Shown here in pieces: positions 53,779 through 64,000 of a stretch of DNA of 64,000 nucleotides (positions are counted from its first letter, which is position 1; each line of letters starts with the position of its first letter). The position numbers were made by a program, and so were the translations under genes. The notes under the pieces were generated by a model. That model made no database searches. It saw nothing but the letters and a program-made list of their open reading frames with translations, and was not told the origin of the DNA. The stretch comes from Octopus sinensis (Eukaryota). The stretch spans positions 96,100,001 through 96,164,000 of the forward strand of contig NC_043006.1 of the NCBI RefSeq assembly GCF_006345805.1, read 5' to 3'.

Positions 53779-55343
53779 CAGGTCAATCACTCCTCAATAA
53801 AATCAAACACCCTCGTGCGATTTTCTTGAAGTTTTTACAGCATATGTAGGATTGTGAACCACATGTCCCATGTAGTTTTCGTCTAAATCGGTGTACATTT
53901 AAAACGGAAATTAATAAAAACACGCTTATAGGGTGGTGTTTTTTATTATGCAAGTTAAAATCTATATCATATAAACTACATATAATGTGATTTACATATA
54001 GAACGAAACATAACCAGATCATTAATAAATACGTATATATTCCACCATATAATTATATTTACAAACAATTATGTCTATATTTTACATCTTTATATACGCC
54101 TCCTTTACCATCTATAACTTTAAATATTATCTTATCAACTGATTTTGTCAATTTCTCAACAATCTCACTTTTAATATTACTGGTAGCAGTTTTCATTGGT
54201 TCCCATAGTAATTCCTAGTTTGGATATTGTTTATCATTAGAATATACATCATTTTTAGTAATTGACTACAAATTCTTTATTGGGTTTAGATCTGGAGATA
54301 TGAGTGGGGTTGCATTCCATTATCTTATGTTCTTTGAAACCTTTCTTAGCTAAATGGTCAATAGCGAATTTGGCAGAGTATGAGGGGGCATTATAATGCA
54401 CAAACATGCTCTTTAACTTGAAGCTTCACGATGTTGACTTGTTCCAATGGAAGAAGTTATTATCTCAGGAACTTGCAATAATCTCCAGCATTTGTTTTGA
54501 CTCTATCAGCAGCAATCTTAAATGGACCTATACTGTCTCCTCCAACTATACCAGCGCAAAACATGATTCCTCCAACACCCTGCTGTCTTCTTAATAGTGT
54601 TCGTTGACGTTTCCCACGTAACACCCGACCGTTTGCCCAACCATCAGGTCCGTCTAATGTTGCTCTGCACTCGTCAGTAATAATTACTTTTGTAAAATCT
54701 GTCTTCAAACATCTTTTTGGAGCACGTCACTCATTCTTCTTTGTGTACTTTAATTAAAGGAGGCAATTGTGCGAAATTAGACTTCGCCAATTTCTTTTAG
54801 TATCGTGCAACGTTTTTTTTTTCCTTTGTATGTTAAAGATTCCTGCTCCTTCAAAGATTTCCTTGCTGGTTAACCCACTTTTCTTGCACACAATTCCTTT
54901 GCGTTTTGTCTTATCTCTATTTGTGATGTTCTTGAAACCCGTTTTCTCCCTTATTCTGACACCCTCAATGTTTTGTACCTGTTTTTTTTTCTGTAATTTC
55001 TATTTAGCTTTTTAAAAATTACAATTGTTGTATCCCCTTCTCCCAGTACTTTCAAAATTCCTTTCTTCTACGATGTTATATCTTTATTTCGATCCATTTC
55101 TATATTTCCTATATCTGAAACATTTCAAAATCACATATCACATGGGGGAAAGTAATATCTTGTTAACCTGCATAATGAAAAAGAAACACCCTAGAAACGT
55201 ATTTTTCTTCATTTCTGCGATAAATATACACCGATTTAGACAAAAAGTACACGCGACATGCGATACATAATCCTACATATCCCGTAAAAGTTTCAAGAAA
55301 ATCGGACAAGGGTTTTGATTTTATTGAGGAATGACTGACCAGC
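53779..55343 (-). mobile_element. Tc1-like transposon relic with about 190 bp TIRs, probably DD37E/TRT-like
   Basis: ITDECRATLDGPDGW, H(D>Y)NAPS, SPDLNPI; TIRs 53779-53965 and 55155-55343; D-to-E spacing is 37 if a 4 nt insertion is removed (inferred). Confidence 0.85.
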
Positions 55344-55615
55344 ATAATAAAAGGAAACAAAGTGTATACTTAGTATTAATTTTTTTACTTTAATTGGTTC
55401 TACACGCTGATTACTTGAAAAAATCTTATACAGATTTTATTCTTATATAGAAGTGATAAATACTTATTAAACCGAATATATTCAGTGCTGAATTATTTTG
55501 GTTATACATACGTGGCTGAGACAAACAGGATGCAAATCTTTTCATGGATGTATAAGTGTGAACTTTTGTATGTGCTCTGTGGACTCGCTGTTTTTCGTAT
55601 GGTTTCTGGTTATGT

Positions 55616-55675
55616 TTGCACTGACGAGTGGAGAGCGTGTTATAGCGCTGACCATGAAATCACTTCGATTTGCGA
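55616..55675 (+). ncRNA. Candidate type I hammerhead ribozyme
   Basis: TTGCA-CTGACGA-GTGG ag AGCGT..GCGCT ga CCAT-GAAA-TC acttc GA-TT-TGCGA: stems I, II and III and all core nucleotides present; triplet AUU. Confidence 0.65.
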
Positions 55676-55813
55676 CTGAACCTTTTAAAAAGAATGTATC
55701 TTTGTTCATTTCCTCGACTTCAGCGCGTGTGTATATTTTGATAAAGTAGTTTGACTTTAGAGTCCCTTTCCAGAGTGTGGCTTTAGTTATGGCAACAGCC
55801 CTTAATGTAATAA

Positions 55814-55901
<88 letters not shown>

Positions 55902-56702
55902 TATATGTATATGTATATATATATATGTATATACATACTTATATATATATATGCATATATACTTATATATATATATGGATATGGATATGGATACACTCAC
56001 ACACATGTACATGTATATATATATGTGTGTATATGTGTGTGTTTATGTGTGTATATGGACGTATTTATGTACACATCTCTAAGAATATTTTATGTACACG
56101 CGCTTGCATGCCGTTGTATTATATCGACAATTCATCCAGCTTCTCGCATAGAGGAGAAAATATAACTGTCCACAATTGTTAAGCTCGCTGTTAATGGCCT
56201 AATATTATTAAAGACGACAGATATATTTCCCACAACGCCTAAATTGCACCTCATGATTTGCAGTTATGCATTTTGCCCGCATTTTTATCTCCAGTACTCT
56301 GCAATATCTACTACACATGTTCAGCAAAAGCAGTGAACATTAAGTGGCAAATGCCGAAAGCAAACGATAAAATATGATAAAACCATGTAAGTAAGGGAAT
56401 TAAAATGTTCTCTGGGGAAATAAACTGTGTCCAGTTTAAACTCGGTATCCACTAACTTAAGCTAGATTTTTTTTGTTGTTGTTACCAAATTGGTTTGACT
56501 AAATTTTACGAGGAAAATGTATTGACGGAAATTTTTGAAAGCCAGTCGTACGCACGAATCTACGCATATATGTATTCATGCAAATTCATGCGCACCCCCC
56601 CCACACATATATATATATACGATAGGGTGAACAAGCGAAAGAAGAAAATCAACACATTTAGTAGATTATTAACATTGTTATTAGTATTATTATTATTATT
56701 AT

Positions 56703-56737
<35 letters not shown>

Positions 56738-56811
56738 TTGTTATTATTAAATTTAAAGCAATCTGATTTGACCCTACGCGAAACACGACTGGTTCACACA
56801 CACACACACAC

Positions 56812-56812
<1 letters not shown>

Positions 56813-56905
<93 letters not shown>
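56813..56905. repeat. (GATA)n microsatellite
   Basis: Directly visible. Confidence 0.95.
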
Positions 56906-57133
56906 GATAGGTATTATATGCGTGTATGTATATATATATTTGTGAAGGCGCATGTTTTTCATATGTTTAGTGTTGAGTGTAGGGGAAAATACTCCATACC
57001 ATACCTTTTATCTTTCTTTTACGTGTTTCAGTCATTAGGCTGCCACAATGCTGGGGCAGCGCCTTCAAAAGCATCTATTGCAGAGTTTCGTGGTATATAT
57101 TTCTATATTTTTTCATTTTAGTGGAGTCCGTAT

Positions 57134-57232
57134 GTCCTAACTCTGAGTTTCGTCACAGGGTATATAACGTCTTCAGGCAAGTCACGACTTGCCTGAAGAA
57201 TCGTCTTACTCACAGGCGACACTCAGGGTAAG
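57134..57232. repeat. Palindrome made of two head-to-head hammerhead-like arms
   Basis: Perfect 14 bp arms TCTTCAGGCAAGTC and GACTTGCCTGAAGA; each continues as CTGAAGA-stem-GA(A/C)A-CTCAG(A/G)GT. Confidence 0.55.
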
Positions 57233-57859
57233 AAGTGTCTGATTCAAACAAAATTAAAATTTGTGTGTGTGTGTAATACAAAGAATATCTACTGAATAAA
57301 TAAATTAGAAATAATAATATACTAAGATCTTGTCGTTTTGAGTTTCGCGTTATCGATTCTCGAGACGACTAAAATTATATTACTCAGTAAAACCTTATAT
57401 ATTTGTTTAATATGTTATCAAAACGAGGCCGTTATTGCTACTGAATGATTTAAATGCTTATAATACGAAATTTAACATATACAACATTAAAAGACGTTTT
57501 CTATATACATATGAAAGACAGTAACTAAAAAAATATAACACATGATATCATAAATAAATGTATTAAACCAAAATCAGAATAGTGTGAGAGAACGCGATGT
57601 ACATTGATGTAACAAGGAACTTGATGACCGAGAATGTGTGAGAGTTTTTAAAATTCTTTTGTGTGTGACATGGATGTGAAAGTAGAAGAGGGGAAAGAAT
57701 TAAGATTAAGGATCAAGAAAATGAAAGAAACAGGAAGTGAGAGATATAGATCCACAAATGTGAAATTAAACGATGAAAAAGATGAAAAGACGCAAGTGGA
57801 TGGCACTAGTCTGCATATCTTAACTTCATAACGTTCGCTCCTCTAAGACAGATTATATA

Positions 57860-57901
<42 letters not shown>

Positions 57902-59255
57902 GTTTGTGTGTGTGTGTGTGTGTGTGCGTGTGTTTGTGTGTGTGTGTAACGAGAAGGAACTGAAAATACAAAAGAAAATGTGTAACAATATAAAAAGATA
58001 AACGTATGGAACCGAGTGGAGAAGAGGAAAGATTCGGTATCTGTAAGAGAGACGAAAGTAAACGCATGATATCCAATGCAGCAAGGACAAAATAGATATC
58101 TGCGTTTATACGCAAGACTTTAGAATGGAAAGGGAAAAAAAAAAGAATTTTAGATGAAAAAAAACCCATAAATATTGGCAATTGAGGGAAAATAGCTTCA
58201 ATAGACAAAAACGATTCATGTCTTTATTCCAATATGGCAAAAAGAGAAAACAGTGTACGAAGTGTTTTGAGTTTTCGTAGGGGATATCTTTGAACAACAG
58301 TTAGTTTATAGAAAGCCTTTGACAGAGAGGTGTGAATCGGGTAGGGAAAAAATGAAAGGATGTATGTAGCTCTTCAAGGAAATTCCATTAAGTTCCAAAG
58401 ATTTTCAAAGAAATTCTGCCAATACGAGATTAATGTATTGAGCATGTAAGAAGAATGCATTTCCGTGAAATTGAGTTGTTCTATGGGAGATACATCGAAA
58501 ATGAGTTCATATCTTGAATTCTACAAGTGAAACGGTGATGTGACTATGAGAAAATGCAGAGAAACATAAGCGGTGCAAAATAATTCCTCTGATATACGGT
58601 TTTGAAACTGTTATCATTGATTTCTATACCTTCATGTCTCTAGTTACTTTATCTTTCATATTCCAGACATACTGTGACAGAGAAGTAGTATTTATTTTCT
58701 CTCGTAACTAAAAGGACACACACATAAACTCAAACACATGGACACAGATGTGTGTGTGTTGTGTGTGTGTTCGTGTGTGTGTGTTGTGTGTGTGTGTAGG
58801 AATATGTATCTTTAGACGCTAATTTGTAGTGTGTTACTGAGACACGCAACTACGAGTCCACTTCATCTTATGTTGGAAACAGCTGTAAACTAATGAAGTT
58901 CATTAGACAATCGTTTATATATATATATATATCAGTCTATGTGTGGCTTTGTGTTTGTATTTCTCCGGTCATCACAGCTTGACAACCAGTCTTGATTTCT
59001 TTCCACCTCCTTAACCTAGCGGTCCGGTTAGACAAGACTGATGGAATAAGTATGTACAAGGTACTATTTGTTAGGCTAAATAATTGAACGCGGTGCCTGC
59101 ATCGCTACACTCCGATGACTGAAACAATTAGCTGACAAAAAAAAATATTGTCGTTTAGATGAATGCGCATCTGTAATTGCTCTCCTTATACAGACCTAGC
59201 ATGGCTTTATTTATTCATAAACGAAAATAGAAGGCATCGAACCTACTCGCCATAT

Positions 59256-59804
59256 ATTGGTTTCAAATTCTGACACAAGACCAGAAAGTTTGGTGGAGCA
59301 AGGTAATCCGATAGTGTTCAATTAGTACGTATTTTATCGACCCCGGGAGGCGGAAAGGTACTGTCGACGTTGGCAGAATTTGAATTTAGAATTTAATGAC
59401 GGATGAAATGCCGCTAAGTATTCTTTTCTACTCTAGGCACAAGTAGAAATTTTGGTGGGGAGAGGCCAGTCGATTAGATCTACCCCAGTACGCAACTGGT
59501 ATTTAAGTTATCGACCCCGAAAGAATGAAAGGCAGCGTCGCAACGTCGGAATTTGAACTCAGAATCTAAAGACATACGAAATATCTATTTCTTTACTACC
59601 CACAAGAGGCTAAACACAGAGAGGACAAACAAGGACAGACAAAGGGATTAAGTCGATTACATCGACCCCAGTGCGTAACTGGTACTTCATTAATCGACCC
59701 CGAAATGATGAAAGGCAAAGTCGACCTCGGCGGAATTTGAACTCAGAACGTAACCGCAGACGAAATTTCGGCCGACGTGCTAACGTTTCTGCCACCTCGC
59801 CGCC
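59256..59804 (-). mobile_element. Head-to-tail array of three SINE B units carrying tails 3, 2 and 1
   Basis: Three cores at about 59335, 59512 and 59695; junction GACATACGAAAT|ATCTATTTCTTTACTACCC. Confidence 0.85.
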
Positions 59805-60327
59805 TTATACACGCCATATATTAAACCATACACCTCTCTCGCGAAACAAAACACTTCTGTATATAAAGTCGTCAGTAATATAAGGGTTAAGTCCCTTCAT
59901 GTCAATGTCGAAGTACTAAGAATATTATTAACATTTTCCTTCAGATCTGGTGACTTAGCTTCCAGTTCAGCTTTTTATTTTTAAAAGCGATGTGTTTTCT
60001 TGTACTGAATTTTTTAAAGAATATAGCTTCTCATCTCTGTATGTAAAATTCTTGCATGTTAGTTAACTTCATATTTATTTCTGAAATTCCAGATATCTAA
60101 AATTTTTTCACATTTCTCGTTATTCCCATGCTTCATAAGATGAAAAGATAGATATCTCGTAAATCATTTAGCTTTCGGTTAAACTAAAAAAATCCAAATA
60201 CGCACATGCTCACACTCACACTCACACACACACACACACACACACCTATGCAGTTTAAAAGTACTAATACACATACGCATAAAACACACACAAACACAAA
60301 CACCTATACAACGATAGACATGCACAC

Positions 60328-60381
<54 letters not shown>

Positions 60382-60756
60382 ATATATATATGTGTGTGTA
60401 TATATATAATTGTATGCATGTATATAGTATATATTACTATATGTATCTTTTAATCAATCTACATACGTAAGAACATATATATGAGTGTGTATGCATATAT
60501 GTGTGTCTGTATTTATTTATATTCATACATGTAAACGCCTACACGAGCAACTGTATGCGTGAAAGTATGTGCGTTTATATACACGCATACAAATATGTGT
60601 GTGGTTAGATGGGTGTGTATGAGTGTGTGCATGTGTGTGCATGTACGTATGTATGATTGTACGTATTTATTTGTATATGTAGATTTAGGATTATATACAT
60701 AAATATATATATATATGTACCTTGATATACATGTATACAAACAATATATATACGCA

Positions 60757-60804
<48 letters not shown>

Positions 60805-61432
60805 TACATATATACATATGTACATATGTATATTTATATGAAATATAAGCATGTGTGTGTTTATATACATATACACACACATATATATGCATATAAAAGT
60901 TACATATATATATATATATATACATATATATACATGTATATATATACATATGTATATATATATATATGTATACATATATATATATTATATATATGTATGT
61001 ATGTATATATATATTTATATGTATATATAACTTTTAAATGTAGCTTCATGAAAACCTGATTACCTTTTAGTGAACATGTGCAGTAAAACTGCATAGAGAG
61101 CATTGGTTTCTATGATGCTGTGTGCTTGCAGCTTATGTGCGTCAGTGCGTTGAAATGTATTGTTTTAGATATATACGAAGGTACTGTTTTGCTGTAAATT
61201 CAATATGTAGCAATGTATAATTATGCACGAATTTTGAATATGTAGGAGTCTAGTGCAATGTTGTAGATCGAAGTATATTCATCTACGTGATTAACAACAG
61301 TTATATTAGTGCATAGATGATAATCATTAGTCGTAAATATAGATTCCTCCAGTTTAATTGCCGCATTTGTATAATAATTTCCAGCGTTTCTCATGTTACA
61401 GTGGAGTAAATAAACAAATATACATGAGTACA

Positions 61433-61906
61433 CATATAAAATTAGTGTACATTTAAACACATAAGAGGTGCCTTGACAGGACACCTAACATGATTGAGGG
61501 ACCAGTCAAAGTCCAAACCAAGTTTAGGGTTAATTTTGAAAACTTTAATTGGCAAATAAAATAATTTGCTTGGCGAATTTTTCATCAGCGGCTACGCCAA
61601 AGTTTAATATATAATTATGTGGCAAAATAGTGCAATTCTCATCATTATATATTATAATTTTTTTCAAATGAGCCCCGCAAGCGAAGTTTTTGTCGGTAGC
61701 AAATAAAAAATGTCGACTTACTTCAAAATTACTAAAATCATATTAGGGAAAATATACGGGGGAGGAAAATATGATAATTGTTTTTATTTTTCATTCCCTT
61801 CGAAATTACCCCTAACCGTGGTTTGTAATTTGGCTGGTCCTTCTAGCATGCTAGGTGTCCTCTCAAGGCACCTCCTATGTGTTTAAATGTACACTAATTT
61901 TATATG
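61433..61906. mobile_element. MITE-like element with about 110 bp imperfect TIRs
   Basis: CATATAAAATTAGTGTACATTTAAACACATAAGAGGTGCCTTGACAGGACACCTAACATG and its reverse complement at about 61845-61906; no TSD recognised. Confidence 0.7.
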
Positions 61907-62024
61907 AATAATATATAGTCTATTGACTACTTTCTGCATGCTAGGCCACTGGTAGAAAAATTTCTATAATTTTCCTACCCTGTATATTTTTCGTAATATG
62001 AGCACACATATATAGATTCTTTCA

Positions 62025-62350
62025 CTCTTTTATATGTTTCAGCTTAAAGGTTGTGACCATGCTGAGGCACCATTAGTGTTATCATCTTTTCAAAGGCCAT
62101 TCTTATGCTGTTGGATTTTGGTGAAGAAGGGAATGAGATATTGTTGCCTTTTTTGAGTTTCTTGTCGTGATAAAGGGTCATCTGGAACCTTTGGACAGTG
62201 AGCGATCAAGTTGTGTCTTGGAAACATATACTCCTACTCCGGGTACATACCTATGAGGTTTTGGCAACGTATTAAATAGCCGAGGGTCCTTGAATCCCAA
62301 GCTATTGCAGTACGTAGTCGTCACTATAGAAGGTTCCTTTGGAACAGTGA
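62025..62350 (-). mobile_element. CR1-like LINE 3' fragment with tail
   Basis: YCNSLGFKDPRLFNTLP is homologous to YCDTLGFRGPQLFNILP of the 14-17 kb LINE; tail GGTGCCTCAGCATGGTCACA..GCTGAAAC. Confidence 0.75.
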
Positions 62351-62384
62351 AAAATACAGAAATGATGTGTATGTGTGTGTATGT

Positions 62385-62424
<40 letters not shown>

Positions 62425-62645
62425 TTCAAATGTACAGAAAACTTAAGACAGAGACAGGTGTACTAGTTTCAATTGCCTCTGTCTTTTATTTTCTGTGCAT
62501 TGGGGCCATATACCATATATACATTATACCAGTGTATGCATATGGATGCGAAACAAGGTGGGAAAAAATAGTACTCGAGTACCGGAGGTAGAGTAATATG
62601 TATGTATTATTATAGCTTCAAAAACATCACAATAACATCACAAAA

Positions 62646-62735
62646 AACTGCTCTTCAATGTTTCAGGTTCCCGTCCGTCGAACAGTTGTGATTAAGGACA
62701 ACCGTCCGACGAACGGGAACGTGAAACTCTGAGTA
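62646..62735. repeat. Palindrome of two inverted hammerhead-like arms (second copy at 63916-64000)
   Basis: Plus arm CCGACGA-ACG ggaa CGT-GAAA-CT ctg AG-TA; the minus arm is its diverged mirror. Confidence 0.6.
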
Positions 62736-62738
62736 GTA

Positions 62739-63637
62739 TTAGGTTGTCAAGAAAGTTCTTACGGAATTTTCAATTTTGGTTTTAAAGGATATATTTTCAA
62801 ATTAATTTTCGTTAAATTCCTTTGACTTTATATATCATGTTAAAGCTCGATTTTCATTCTACCTAATCCTGTTACTCTTTTTCTTTTTGAACAATTAGGC
62901 CATTTTTTCCCGGAACGTTGAATACAATATGGACAAACAGCAAATTCGCATAATTTTCTTATTCCAGTTGAAGCTAGGTCAAAAAGCTGTTGAAACAGCT
63001 CGCGATATCAACGATGCATTTGGCACGGGAACCACTAATGTACGTACAGTACAATGGTGATTCAAGAAATTTCGTAGCGGTGACGAGAGTCTTGAAGATA
63101 ATAAGTGTAGTGGTCGGCCATGGATGTTGACAACGATCAGCTAAGAGCCTTAGTCAAAGCCAATCCACGTACAACTGTTCGAGAGGTTGCTTCTGAATTA
63201 GACGTAACGTATATGACAATTTCCAACCACTTGAAAGAGATTGGAAAAACAAAAATACTTCAGAAATGGGTGCCGCACGAATTAAACGACAATCAAAAAA
63301 AAAAAAAACGCCGTTTTGAAGTGTCTTCTTCCCTTCTTTTACGCAACAGAAACGACGCGTTTCTCGACCGGATGGTGACTTGCGATGAAACGTGGATTCT
63401 TTACGACAACTGACGACGTTGAGCTCAGTGGTTGGATGCCGAGGAAGATCTACGGCACATCCCTAAGCTAAAGTTGCACAAAAAGAAGGTCGTGCTGACT
63501 GTTTGGTGGTCTGCGGCCGGTTTCATCCACCATGGCTTTTTGGATCCAGGTGAAACCGTCACGGCAAAGAAGTACTATCAGCAAATGGATGAAATACATA
63601 AGAAACTCCGACAGCAAGAACTTTCTTGACAACCTAA
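62739..63637 (+). mobile_element. Mariner, cecropia/Hsmar1-like, 3'-deleted but with both TIRs
   Basis: 22 bp TIR TTAGGTTGTCAAGAAAGTTCTT, TA TSDs at 62737-38 and 63638-39; ATG 62929 MDKQQIRIIFLF...WVPHEL...VTCDETWILYDN...TVWWSAAG; ORF joins the right TIR before the second D. Confidence 0.95.
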
Positions 63638-63649
63638 TATAACTGGGAC

Positions 63650-64000
63650 CCTTGGAACAGTGAAAAATACAGAAATGATGTGTGTGTGTGTGTGTGTGGT
63701 TCAAATGTACAGAAAACTTAAGACAGAGACAGGTGTATTAGTTTCAATTGCCTCTGTCTTTTGTTTTCTGTACATTTGGACCATATACCATATATACATT
63801 ATACCAGTGTGTGCATATGAAGGCGAAACAAGGTAGGAAAAAATAGCACTCGAGTACCGGGGGTAGAGTAATATCAATGTATTGTTAAAGCTTCGAAAAT
63901 ATCACAACATCACAGAAAACTGCTCCTCAGAGTTTCACGTTCCCGTTCGTCGAGCAGTTGTGAATAAGAACAACCGTCCGACGAACGGGAACGTGAAACT
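63650..64000 (+). repeat. Second copy of the about 400 bp unit at 62336-62736
   Basis: About 90% identical by hand count; runs off the window end. Confidence 0.9.

Noticed and set aside
56295-56386. Segment with good acceptor (TTTTATCTCCAG) and donor (GTAAGT)
   Set aside because: Stops in all three frames; a non-coding exon cannot be supported without RNA data
53195-59804. Repeated ATCGACCCC units as CRISPR-like or integron-like arrays
   Set aside because: They are SINE B cores in eukaryotic DNA; no constant repeat-spacer period and no cas genes

Overview
Repeat-dense, AT-rich animal genomic DNA. The SINE families and very high microsatellite load point to an octopus-type cephalopod; this is an inference from pattern recognition. 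I found no supportable host protein-coding exon, rRNA, tRNA gene or CRISPR array. Almost all ORF-track entries are microsatellite or antisense-repeat artefacts. Transposon content: two abundant tRNA-derived SINE families (called A and B here) plus two minor ones; a degenerate near-full CR1-clade LINE ORF2; an internally deleted L1/Tx1-like LINE (ORF1 with CCHC knuckle plus 3' UTR); fragments of R4/Dong-like, RTE and Penelope (GIY-YIG) elements; four Tc1/mariner relics; a Helitron family, one member carrying a PIF1-helicase fragment; several long foldbacks; and several local duplications. Main hunt results: (1) a recurring set of type I hammerhead-ribozyme-like motifs. Two have the full core and all three stems (9381-9438 minus, 55616-55675 plus); others are degenerate, including head-to-head pairs on both strands and one behind a tRNA-like head. 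(2) Both main SINE families share 3' tails with LINEs present in this window: SINE A with the CR1 element (covarying stem-loop) and SINE B with the Tx1-like element. Coordinates were counted by hand. Family names rest on motif recognition, not database searches.
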